Virus record (IMG/VR): IMGVR_UViG_3300021561_000002
Span: 10,471-74,470 of that record
DNA: 64,000 bases
Reading direction: 5' to 3' (one strand)
From: a virus
Taxonomy: Duplodnaviria; Caudoviricetes
The position numbers and the translations under genes were made by a program. This document shows positions 1-9,254 of this stretch, piece after piece. Each line of letters opens with the position of its first letter. The first letter of the stretch is position 1. The notes under the pieces were generated by a model, which worked only from the letters and a program-made list of their open reading frames with translations, was not told the origin of the DNA and ran no database searches.

Positions 1-128
1 CGCAACCCCGAACGGGAACAATAAACCAAAAATCACCGAGCGGCAAGTCGAGGAGCAACACAAAGTAGTTCTGGCGATGGGAACAGCGGCACGGTCGTTA
101 ATGCACTTCGATAGAAGGGAACAACGTC

Positions 129-377
129 ATGCCGCAGGGAAGTAACCCCATCGAAGTTCCTCTGTCCTCCCCGTCTGACCTCGCCAACGAGTTCAAGTAT
201 CTGACCGAGGACCAGAAGATAGTCAAAATCATGGAGATGATGAAGAACATCTATTTCGGCGAGTTGGTCATCAAGAAGCACAAGGGAAAGATTGCCGCTT
301 TCGACTTCAAGGGCCAGGTCTTGTTCCGGCTCGAAGAGTTCGACAAGGCCAAGGCGGCGAAGGCGGCGAAACTGTGA
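129..377 (+). CDS. small protein, YezD/DUF2292-like
   Basis: 82 aa; IxEMMKNIYFGELVIKKHKGKI resembles the DUF2292 pattern; GAAGGGA RBS; stop overlaps next start (GTGA). Confidence 0.45.
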   Translation: MPQGSNPIEVPLSSPSDLANEFKYLTEDQKIVKIMEMMKNIYFGELVIKKHKGKIAAFDFKGQVLFRLEEFDKAKAAKAAKL

Positions 378-3300
378 ACGATGCTCCCATGAGTTCCCAA
401 TTTGCCGGAGACCCCAGGGCTCAGTACCGTCTCCGCATGACAAAGAAGGTCGGCAACCGTATCGAGGAAGTGGACGTTCAGAAACCCGATGCGGCGGCCG
501 AAGAGGATATGATTCTTGCCGGGCTCGAAGGATTCCAGGGCGGCGGTACGGGCTTCGCTCGGTTCCTTGCCCAAGCCGCAAAACGCTCCTCGAATCCGAG
601 CTTCGGAGTGACCGGCGGATACATCGACGAGAATGGCGTCCCTCACACCGGCTCGGATGCCGTGCGCCAGCAGTCGGGTTCGACCGGCTTCGCCGATTTC
701 ATGCAACGTCAAGCCCTGAACCCCGATGGGAACAACGAGGAAGACCGTAGCGCCCCGGCGCATGGGTTCGGAGTCAGCGAAGGGGTGGACCCCACACGTG
801 GTCCAGAGCGTCGTCGTGAACCGGCGAATGATGGAGGAATGGCTCTCATGGGAGCCACTAATCGAGAACTTTATCCTCACGAGCCCGAGGAGTTGAACCG
901 CAACCCGTTCGGCAAAGGTCAGTCGAGTGATTCGTGCGGGGCGACGGCTTCGATGGGCAAAGAGGAAGTCATCAAGAAGCCTCTCCCCGAGCAGGTCCGT
1001 GGTGAAGGCGAAGGCACGGACCTCGTGAGCCGTTCGGGCCGTCGTCGTAGGATGGCGGCCGTCGATAGGAACGGGGCGTCAATCACCGACGGAGACAGGG
1101 TGAAGACCCCCGGTGGAGAAGTCGGGACGGTTGATTTCATCGACTACTCGACCTACCGGATTTACGTCACCCTCGACAATGGTTACGAGGGAGACTTTTC
1201 CTCGGGCGAACTTGAGAAAACCGCCGGGCGGAGAATGGCGGATGGCCCTCTCCCCAACTGGCAGTCCGAGCCCATCGACGACACGGATGTCCGTGAGCGA
1301 AACCGCCTCCCTGTCGTCGAGGACCCTTCCGGGCGTGACGTTCCGGGCAGGGAAGAAGAGAAGGCAACGCAGATTCCCCCACAGAAGTTCGACGACGAAG
1401 GCTCGTGGCCGACGCCCGGATTCTCCCAGGACTACCCTCAAGAAAAGGTGAGGAGCACCGAAATCATGGCGCATCAGGCGACACGTGTTCGCCTTGCCGA
1501 CGGGCGTGTTCTCGTCGGCAGAATCGCCTCGAACGACGGGTACATGGTGGAGTTCGTGGGGCGTATGGCCGGAGACAGGTCCGATGCCCGCTACTCCTTC
1601 CCGGCCCATGAGATTCGTGAGAAGGGTCCGTTCCGGGTTCGCCAGTCAGAACGTCGTGCGCCCGAGACCTTGGACGACGCCTATGCGGCTTTCAGGAGGG
1701 TAGGTAGCCGTGTCCCTTTCGGCCGTAAGGCGGTGAATAACGCAATGGCATCGAAGCGAACCGCCAAGACCATCGGCGCAATCCCGACGACGAAAGCCGG
1801 TGTGCCAATCAATCTTTACATCGAGGGCTTTGATGACGGTGAAGGGTTCTCCTACACCGAAGATGAGAGCAAGGCGATGGACATGGCGGGTTACGAAGGC
1901 GACTTCGAGATGATGCACCCCGAAGGAGTCATCATGAAAGTCTCTTCGGCCGGGAGAGGAGAAACCGTCCGTACCGCTCGCGTGGTGGCCCCTGATGCTC
2001 CGATGCTCTGCGATAAATGCAATCAGGAAATCCCTGTCAGCGGCGGTCTTATCGGCTTTTCCGTTACAGATGGGTATTACGCAAATGCTGACCTGTGCGA
2101 ATCATGCGCGAACGCCGTGGCGAAAGAGCAGGAACAGAAGTACGAAATGTTTCTCAACGAGAATGATGGCGATGAGGAATATGCGAAGCGGGATTACGAA
2201 CGCTGGCTCGAAGATGACGAGAGCGGCTCCCCGTTTACGGCCGAACGGTATCGTTATCGTTCGGCTTCTAGCGACGTGATTCCAGGGGGTCTCTCGGCCG
2301 GGCGCGGCGATGAAGAGTTCGACCCTCAATCTCTCCTTGATGGCAAGATGGTTGAGAGGGAACACACCGATGACAGGGACGTTGCGAAGGAAATCGCCAA
2401 GGACCACCTGACCGAGGACCCGGCATACTACGAGAAACTCAAGATGGTGGAATCCAGGACGGCCGGTGAAGGGACGCCTGGGTTCGACGTGGATGATGAG
2501 GTCATCGAAATCCTGCGTGCCGTCAAGAACCAGAATGACGGCGGCATTGGAAGCCACACGTTGAGCGAGTTGTCCGACATGGGACTCATGAATTTTTCTC
2601 CCGGCGTGGAGTCAACTCTTGAGCCCGGTCGTTGGTTCCTTACGGAAAAGGGAGAGGCCATGTTGAAAGCGGCGTCAGTCAGAACGGCGGACGGATTCTC
2701 AGCGAGCGATGACGAGGGCGACCCGATGGACCCCATCGTGCCCGGTCAACGCCGTCAATGCGATAAGTGCGGAGAGACGTATCTTCCGGCCACGCCCGAA
2801 GGTGGTCCCGCCGAGCGTGATGACTACTTGTGCGACAACTGTTACACCGAGAAGATGAAATCAAGGGGGCTGGCGATGGGCTCAAGGATTGCCGGTGCGA
2901 GTACCGCTTTCGACGTGACTCTGAACGGCGAGGTCATCGACACCGTTTATTACGACCAGGGTTCGACCGAAGAGACGGTTCGGCGTGACCTCATCGAACA
3001 CGACGGGTACGACCCGTCCATCAGCGTCACGAAACGTCAAGCCTCCAAGAAAACCGCTGAGGTCGATGTCGATACTCTCCAAAACGAGTTGGAGCCCGGC
3101 TTCATCGAGGACATCAAAAGGATGAGAGAAGAAGGAAAGTCCGATGACTATATTCGGTCGCTCTTTTCGCCTCATGCCGGTCCCGAACTTACGGAAGAGT
3201 GGATGGCGAGGGCTTCGTCCAAGCGTGTCGCCGCTGTCTCCGTCGGGGACCGCGTTCGCTATGCGAGTACCGCTTTCGACGTGACTCTGAACGGCGAGGT

Positions 3301-3799
3301 CATCGACACCGTTTATTACGACCAGGGTTCGACCGAAGAGACGGTTCGGCGTGACCTCATCGAACACGACGGGTACGACCCGTCCATCAGCGTCACGAAA
3401 CGTCAAGCCTCCAAGCGTGTCGCCGCCGTGGCGGCTCCCGACCGTAACGCCGGGGAAGACAAGTCCATCGGTGATGGTCAACTGTATGGCGATGACTCGG
3501 CCATGCGTGACCAGTTGAAAATCCGTGACAAGCGCCGCAAGGCCATGAAGGAGCGGTTGACGGCGATGCTTCGCACGGCCGTTCAGTTGGACAGGGCCGG
3601 GAAGCACGCCGAGGCCAAGGCCGTTGACCGGCGAATCGAGGCGATGTACGAGACCTGGAAGCGTGAGGGGAAGGCCATCGAGGGCCTCTCTAGCTTGATG
3701 TACCGTAGGTCTCTGTCCCGCATGGCGAGAGACAACAAGAAGTCCACGTTGTTCTTCCAGAATCAGGCCAAGGCTTCGCAAGACAACCCGTTCCTTTGA
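374..3799 (+). CDS. mosaic polyprotein 1 (putative internal head/cargo protein)
   Basis: 1141 aa; modules separated by KRTA/VRTA/SRTA/KKTA/KRVA; SH3-like, two CxxC..CxxC, DUF5661-like and wHTH-like modules. Confidence 0.7.
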   Translation: MNDAPMSSQFAGDPRAQYRLRMTKKVGNRIEEVDVQKPDAAAEEDMILAGLEGFQGGGTGFARFLAQAAKRSSNPSFGVTGGYIDENGVPHTGSDAVRQQSGSTGFADFMQRQALNPDGNNEEDRSAPAHGFGVSEGVDPTRGPERRREPANDGGMALMGATNRELYPHEPEELNRNPFGKGQSSDSCGATASMGKEEVIKKPLPEQVRGEGEGTDLVSRSGRRRRMAAVDRNGASITDGDRVKTPGGEVGTVDFIDYSTYRIYVTLDNGYEGDFSSGELEKTAGRRMADGPLPNWQSEPIDDTDVRERNRLPVVEDPSGRDVPGREEEKATQIPPQKFDDEGSWPTPGFSQDYPQEKVRSTEIMAHQATRVRLADGRVLVGRIASNDGYMVEFVGRMAGDRSDARYSFPAHEIREKGPFRVRQSERRAPETLDDAYAAFRRVGSRVPFGRKAVNNAMASKRTAKTIGAIPTTKAGVPINLYIEGFDDGEGFSYTEDESKAMDMAGYEGDFEMMHPEGVIMKVSSAGRGETVRTARVVAPDAPMLCDKCNQEIPVSGGLIGFSVTDGYYANADLCESCANAVAKEQEQKYEMFLNENDGDEEYAKRDYERWLEDDESGSPFTAERYRYRSASSDVIPGGLSAGRGDEEFDPQSLLDGKMVEREHTDDRDVAKEIAKDHLTEDPAYYEKLKMVESRTAGEGTPGFDVDDEVIEILRAVKNQNDGGIGSHTLSELSDMGLMNFSPGVESTLEPGRWFLTEKGEAMLKAASVRTADGFSASDDEGDPMDPIVPGQRRQCDKCGETYLPATPEGGPAERDDYLCDNCYTEKMKSRGLAMGSRIAGASTAFDVTLNGEVIDTVYYDQGSTEETVRRDLIEHDGYDPSISVTKRQASKKTAEVDVDTLQNELEPGFIEDIKRMREEGKSDDYIRSLFSPHAGPELTEEWMARASSKRVAAVSVGDRVRYASTAFDVTLNGEVIDTVYYDQGSTEETVRRDLIEHDGYDPSISVTKRQASKRVAAVAAPDRNAGEDKSIGDGQLYGDDSAMRDQLKIRDKRRKAMKERLTAMLRTAVQLDRAGKHAEAKAVDRRIEAMYETWKREGKAIEGLSSLMYRRSLSRMARDNKKSTLFFQNQAKASQDNPFL
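2896..3415 (+). repeat. 154-bp exact direct repeat (2896-3049 and 3262-3415)
   Basis: Identical DNA encoding ASTAFDVTLNGEVIDTVYYDQGSTEETVRRDLIEHDGYDPSISVTKRQASK. Confidence 0.95.
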
Positions 3800-3806
3800 G
3801 GGGCAC

Positions 3807-4520
3807 ATGCTGACCATTTCGGCTTCGATTTCCTACGACTCTAGGGGAAACATCCTGCACAAGGGCGACAGGGTGCTGGCACCGATACCGGTGTCGGATA
3901 CCTTTTCGGAGTTTTCCGTCGGTACGGATATGACGGATACTCTTGTGGAAGCTGAAATATACGATATTCTAGTGGGCAACAGGATTGCTGTCGTCCATCC
4001 CGAAGACAAGACCCTCGTGGTCATGGACTCGGGGAGCACGACCAAGGTGGACAAGCTGGTTCAGGTCGTGGAGCATTTCGAGGGCGACCAAATCGGTCGG
4101 ATGAACGAGGAGTCGGAGTTGGGCCGAGCGAGGCTTATGTCTCCGAAGGACGAACTCCTGAACGAAGTGGCTGACATCCTTCTCGACCTGATGAAGTCGG
4201 TCAAGAAGGTGGTCATGGCGACGGCCTACAACATCAAAAAGGTGGAGAGCGTCGTTACCGCCAGGACCGGTCGTGTCATGGAGGGCAAGGTCGAAGCTGA
4301 AATTCACGTTGCCGACATGATGATGAAAAGGAAGTCCAAGCTGTACGTGGAGTTGTTGGTGCGAGAAGGGACTGTGCAGACACCATTCGGGTTCAGCACC
4401 TCGGACGGAAAGCAGTTTCCGTTCAACGAGGCTGGTATCCGAAAACATTTGAATATCCCGCTGGAACCGTACATCGGAAAGAAACCATCGGGCGCTGTCA
4501 TGTCGTACAGAAAAGATTAA
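3807..4520 (+). CDS. hypothetical virion-associated protein
   Basis: 237 aa, GAGGG RBS; N-terminal KGDRV SH3-like start. Confidence 0.6.
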   Translation: MLTISASISYDSRGNILHKGDRVLAPIPVSDTFSEFSVGTDMTDTLVEAEIYDILVGNRIAVVHPEDKTLVVMDSGSTTKVDKLVQVVEHFEGDQIGRMNEESELGRARLMSPKDELLNEVADILLDLMKSVKKVVMATAYNIKKVESVVTARTGRVMEGKVEAEIHVADMMMKRKSKLYVELLVREGTVQTPFGFSTSDGKQFPFNEAGIRKHLNIPLEPYIGKKPSGAVMSYRKD

Positions 4521-4532
4521 AGGAGCCGAAAG

Positions 4533-5900
4533 ATGCCGCCTGTCAATGCGCCTCTCACCGCCGACGCCACGATGCAGGTCCCTGCGACCTCCGTGGATTT
4601 CCAGGGCCAGAAGGGTAACTCCTTCGAGCTTGGCCTTGGCGTCAACATCCAGCCGTGTAACAACATCGTTGGCATGAACACGACCTCCGTGGTCGTCGCT
4701 TCTCAGGCCAACGTCGCCGTAGCCAGCGCCCTCGAAAACGGGGACGTGGTTGACGGCGTGACTCTCGCCACCGGCAACCTCGTGTTGCTCAAGGCGCAGA
4801 CCGACCCCAAAGAGAACGGTGTGTACGTGGTGCCCGCCGCTGGTGCCGCCTCCCGCTCCGCTTCCTTCGGGGCCTATGGCCTGTCGTACCACCGGACGCC
4901 CGTTCGTGTCTTGGGCGGCACGGACGCCGGGAAGATTTTCCTTCAGGCGACCCGTGGTGCCATCGTGGTCGGGACTACGCTCGTGACGTTCGAGGAGTTC
5001 GTCGGGCAGTTGGAGCACCAAGCCGACATCCTCGATGCCACCAAGGAAGCCCTGAACCGTCAGAACGTGAAGCCGTGGCACTCGATTTCCCGCCCTCGCT
5101 GGACGGATGGCATCCTGAGTTTCGACAATCAGGTCATGGAGGGTTTCTACCCGAAGGACAACGTGCGCTTGGCGACCACCGCCGCTCACGGCCTGTCCGG
5201 CCTTGCGGCCATCGACGGTGTGACCCCCGTGGCTGGCGACCGCATCCTGGTCAAGAACGGCACGACCTCTCCGTCGCTCTATACCGCCTGCCGTTGCTCG
5301 TCCGTCGGTGCGAACATCGTTCTCGCCAGCGGCCTTGAGAACGGCGACACGCTCGATTCCCTCACGCTGGCGACCGGCGACCGTGTTTTGGTCAAGGACC
5401 AGACCGACCCCATTGAGAACGGCATCTATGTCGTTCAGGCTTCGGGTGCGGCCGTCCGTGCGACCGACATGGACGTTGCGAGCGAGGTCATCCTCGGGAA
5501 GGGCGTGACCGTCACGGAAGGGACGAACGCCGGCAAGTATTACGCCGTGTCCGCCGTCCCTCATACGATGGGCGTCAACCCGCTGACCTTTGCGCTGTCT
5601 TCGGCCGCCTTGCTTGCGGCCGTCGCCAACGGCATCTACGTGGCCGATTCCGGCTCGTGGTCCCGCTCGGCCGACGCCAACACTTCGGCGGAAGTCCGCA
5701 ACGGGATGACGGTGTTCGTGACGGAGGGCGCGGCGAACGGGGAGAAGTCGTTCTTCATCAGCACGGCGGACCCCTTCTATCTCAACGTGACTCCTCTCGC
5801 CTTCAACAACCTCACGGACGTTCTCACCGAGAACATCGTGAACCAGCCGACCGATACGGTCAAGAATGCGTCGGACGCTGGAATGTACCGGTCGCTGTAA
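4533..5900 (+). CDS. head/collar fibre-like structural protein with repeated modules
   Basis: 455 aa; about 3 copies of the (I/V)DGVTLxxGDR(I/V)LVKxQTDPxENG(I/V)Y module common in phage fibres. Confidence 0.65.
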   Translation: MPPVNAPLTADATMQVPATSVDFQGQKGNSFELGLGVNIQPCNNIVGMNTTSVVVASQANVAVASALENGDVVDGVTLATGNLVLLKAQTDPKENGVYVVPAAGAASRSASFGAYGLSYHRTPVRVLGGTDAGKIFLQATRGAIVVGTTLVTFEEFVGQLEHQADILDATKEALNRQNVKPWHSISRPRWTDGILSFDNQVMEGFYPKDNVRLATTAAHGLSGLAAIDGVTPVAGDRILVKNGTTSPSLYTACRCSSVGANIVLASGLENGDTLDSLTLATGDRVLVKDQTDPIENGIYVVQASGAAVRATDMDVASEVILGKGVTVTEGTNAGKYYAVSAVPHTMGVNPLTFALSSAALLAAVANGIYVADSGSWSRSADANTSAEVRNGMTVFVTEGAANGEKSFFISTADPFYLNVTPLAFNNLTDVLTENIVNQPTDTVKNASDAGMYRSL

Positions 5901-5928
5901 GACCGGGTTTTTGCAGGGCATCTTCGGC

Positions 5929-5957
5929 GGGTCCGCTCTCTTCTTGAGGGCGGACCC
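5929..5957 (+). terminator. GC-rich stem-loop (12-bp stem), terminator/processing candidate
   Basis: GGGTCCGCTCTC-TTCTT-GAGGGCGGACCC in intergenic gap; no clear U tract. Confidence 0.45.
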
Positions 5958-5975
5958 CCTCCTTCGAGGACATCA

Positions 5976-8900
5976 ATGGATAGGGCTACCCGCAGGGCAC
6001 TCCGTCGGAATACCTACGCTCTCATGGCCGAGCGAGTTCGTAGGGAGGCTCAGGTCAGCGTGACCGAAGAATGGGCACCGGATGGTACGGTGAAACGCAC
6101 TACCAAGATGGACAACTCGATGCCCGGAGAGGCGGAGTTGCTCCTGAAGATGTTGTCGTTGGCTCCGCCCGAGGCGGCGGAGGTCGTGAACGATGCGAAG
6201 GCCAAAGGCATCTTGCCCGAGGGGAATCCTGCGCCCGCTCCGACCGAGGAAGTAGTGGCCGAGCAGGGTCCGGCGATGCAGGAGGACGACCAGGCGGACG
6301 TGAAGGGTCGAGTCTCGGAAGGAAAGAAGGATTTTCGGGCCTCCGGTAAGAGGTCGTTCTATCCCGACGTTTTGATGCACAAGGTTTTCAACGTTGACGC
6401 TCCCGTGACGGCCTCAAAACGCACCGCCGATGATAGTGGTGTGTTTGCCGAGGGAGACTTAATCCGGGTGACTCGTGGCGGATACGCCGGTTTGACCGGG
6501 AAGGTTCTCGGGTATTCCAGAAACGATGCGTATTCCGTTCAGCTTGATGGAGGCCAGCCTGGCGATGGGAAGGGCGGGCAATGCGAGTTCTACTCTTCGG
6601 AGATGGAGAAGACCGCTTCCAAGCGTACCGCCGAACTCCGAATCAAAACGACCTACGAGGTCGTGACTCCCGAGAGTGCCGAGGCCGGTGACTTCGAGGA
6701 GACTGGCTGGCACGACGAAGTGGGCAAAACCTTTTCTAGTGTCGAGGAGGCCGCCTCGTTCCTTCGCAACGAAGGGGCCACCGAGTATTCGGACAGCCGA
6801 CCCGACTTCAACCAGGGCTATCGTGGATGGTACATCGGACAGCCCGACAATGATTACGAGACCGGGGCCGAGACCACGAAGAACTACCACCTGGAAGGTT
6901 TCTCTTCTGATGACGCCAGGGAACTCCACAAGCTCGTCACGGGTCAGGATACGCCTCCCATCGACCACGGCCAGCAGGAGATGTTTGCGGCGAAGCGGGT
7001 TGCGGTAACGAGGGAAGATTTTGTCAATGCGGCCACCGAACAATACTTGAAAAGTGGCGTCTCCTACGACGAAGCAAGACAGTATGCGGAAGACGATGCT
7101 GATTACATCGAGGGCCCGGCGCCAGAATTTACCCGATATGTGCATGGCCCCTTCGATAAGGCTTCATCGAAACGCACCGCCTCGTTCCAAGTCGGCGACC
7201 GGGTTCGCATTACGCAGTACGAACACGCCGGTAAAGAAGGTGAACTCGGTTCGACCAACGATTACACGAACAAAGTCTTGGTCATCTTGGACGATGGGAC
7301 TCGTGTTCGTGTCTGGCCAGGAGACCTTGAGAAGGTTGGCTCTAGGCGTACCGCCTCGTTCCAGGTAGGCGACAAGGTTCAAACGAAAGACGGGCGTTCC
7401 CCGATTTTCAACGTTGTCGAAGAATCCCGTGAGCGTGGCGACGGGTTTACGGTTTATGACCGCCTCGTTGTCGTCGAGGCTAACGGTCAACGGTACGAGA
7501 TGAGCGAGAAGGACTTGGTGAAGGTTGCATACAGCCGTTACTCCGGCGACCCGTTTTGGATGAAGGTGAAGTATCCCACGACCTGTAAGCGGTGCGGAAA
7601 GTCCGTCCAGCCAGGCGAGGAGGTTTTCCGGTTCAAGGACGGCTCGATGTATTGCGACGCCCCTGATTGCGGTCAGCGGGAGTCGAACTCTTTCAATGCG
7701 TCGGCGCAGGACGAAGCCATGTTCGGCGGAGGCATGGACGAAGGCATGATGGAGTTCGGGTCGAAGCGCGTGGCCGCTGATTGGGAGTCTCTTCTTCGCA
7801 AGCAGAGAGACGCCGAGGGATACGTGGCCGCAATCAAGGACACCCGTGGCGGGGAAACGTATTGGGGCAAGTCCGGCGAGACGCACAAGGAACTCATCTT
7901 CCGGGTTTTCATGGAACAGAGCGACGACAAAAAAGACGTTCGGAATCTCATCATCGCGTTGGATATGTACGGCATCGGAAGCGGCCCATTCTCGCACATC
8001 GAAGCGGGATTCGTTGACCCCGAAGAGGGGCGTTTTCTATCTCAAGACGAGATGCAGAACCGCATGGGCGGAGGAGGCAAGGGGAGAATCATTACGGAAT
8101 ACCTTCCCTCTTACCAGACCGCCGCGAAGCGCACGGCGCAGTCCACCCGCGAGTACCTCGAAACCTTCTTCGAGGAGAAACAGCTTCCTCATCAATCGTG
8201 GGACATCACGGACCAGAACGGGACCATGCACTACATCGACAGCGATGTGGTCATCGAGGCCCTGCTCAACGCTCCACCGCAGGAGCAGGAACAAGCGGCC
8301 AACATCATCCGCAAAATCGACTTCATGAACGGTGACGTGAACCACTTCCTGAAACATCTTGCGACCGGGCTCGTCATGAACTCCTCGGGAGGTTCCGAGA
8401 TTTTCGCCATGAGGCGTTCTCTGAAGACCGCCGGATACTCCGTCCGTAAGGGAACCAAGGCTGAAATCGAGGCCATCTATCCTTCCCTTCAGATGGTGTC
8501 GGCCAGCGGGGAAGCGAACTTCAGTAAGCCCTCTTTCGCATCCATCGAGGACGAAATCTCCATCGGCGACAATGGCTCGGTCACGGTGTTCAAGGGACCG
8601 GACCGCTCTGGCGTGACCGGCAAGTGGTGGGAGTTGGAAGGCGTTCCGGTCGAAGTGTACGACCGCACGGCCTCCAAGAGGCAAGCCGATTTCAAGGGCG
8701 GGGAGCGTGTGAAGATAAACAGCGACTTCGCGGAGTTTCCCTACGGTTTTGTGGAAAGCGTCAATGATGACGGAACCGTGAAAGTCGTTTACGACAACGA
8801 GGGAACTTGGGGACATGGAATTGGTCCCGCGAGAACGTTCTATCTCAATGAGTTGGAAAAGACTTCTTCCAAGCGTAAGGCTGATGACAGCCGTGTTCCT

Positions 8901-9233
8901 CAAGTCGGCGACACCGTCGGCAAGGTGACGAAGGTGGCGACCAAGAAGGAAGAGGGCGCGGTTCAGGCCCCGGTCGAGGTCCACAGCATCGACGACACCA
9001 AAATCCAGACGTGGTTCGAGCGCGACCGTCAGCATGTGGCTCTCGTGGACGCCGAGACCGAACAGAATACCATCATCGAGTGGTGGGACGAGGCCGTGAC
9101 GGAAGCGGTGGAGGATGGTTTCCTGGACCCTCGTGACTATCACGGTTCGGCCTACGACTACGCCAAGAGTAATGGCCTCCTCATCGAGATGCCGTATGAA
9201 CAACCGACGTGGGACGAAGCCTTTAGCCTGTGA
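5976..9233 (+). CDS. mosaic polyprotein 2 (putative internal head/cargo protein)
   Basis: 1085 aa; ASKRTA, AKRVA, SSKRTA, GSRRTA, LKTA, SKRQA linkers; 4 SH3-like modules, one Zn-binding module. Confidence 0.7.
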   Translation: MDRATRRALRRNTYALMAERVRREAQVSVTEEWAPDGTVKRTTKMDNSMPGEAELLLKMLSLAPPEAAEVVNDAKAKGILPEGNPAPAPTEEVVAEQGPAMQEDDQADVKGRVSEGKKDFRASGKRSFYPDVLMHKVFNVDAPVTASKRTADDSGVFAEGDLIRVTRGGYAGLTGKVLGYSRNDAYSVQLDGGQPGDGKGGQCEFYSSEMEKTASKRTAELRIKTTYEVVTPESAEAGDFEETGWHDEVGKTFSSVEEAASFLRNEGATEYSDSRPDFNQGYRGWYIGQPDNDYETGAETTKNYHLEGFSSDDARELHKLVTGQDTPPIDHGQQEMFAAKRVAVTREDFVNAATEQYLKSGVSYDEARQYAEDDADYIEGPAPEFTRYVHGPFDKASSKRTASFQVGDRVRITQYEHAGKEGELGSTNDYTNKVLVILDDGTRVRVWPGDLEKVGSRRTASFQVGDKVQTKDGRSPIFNVVEESRERGDGFTVYDRLVVVEANGQRYEMSEKDLVKVAYSRYSGDPFWMKVKYPTTCKRCGKSVQPGEEVFRFKDGSMYCDAPDCGQRESNSFNASAQDEAMFGGGMDEGMMEFGSKRVAADWESLLRKQRDAEGYVAAIKDTRGGETYWGKSGETHKELIFRVFMEQSDDKKDVRNLIIALDMYGIGSGPFSHIEAGFVDPEEGRFLSQDEMQNRMGGGGKGRIITEYLPSYQTAAKRTAQSTREYLETFFEEKQLPHQSWDITDQNGTMHYIDSDVVIEALLNAPPQEQEQAANIIRKIDFMNGDVNHFLKHLATGLVMNSSGGSEIFAMRRSLKTAGYSVRKGTKAEIEAIYPSLQMVSASGEANFSKPSFASIEDEISIGDNGSVTVFKGPDRSGVTGKWWELEGVPVEVYDRTASKRQADFKGGERVKINSDFAEFPYGFVESVNDDGTVKVVYDNEGTWGHGIGPARTFYLNELEKTSSKRKADDSRVPQVGDTVGKVTKVATKKEEGAVQAPVEVHSIDDTKIQTWFERDRQHVALVDAETEQNTIIEWWDEAVTEAVEDGFLDPRDYHGSAYDYAKSNGLLIEMPYEQPTWDEAFSL

Positions 9234-9254
9234 TTCCAAAGCCGTAAGGAGAAG

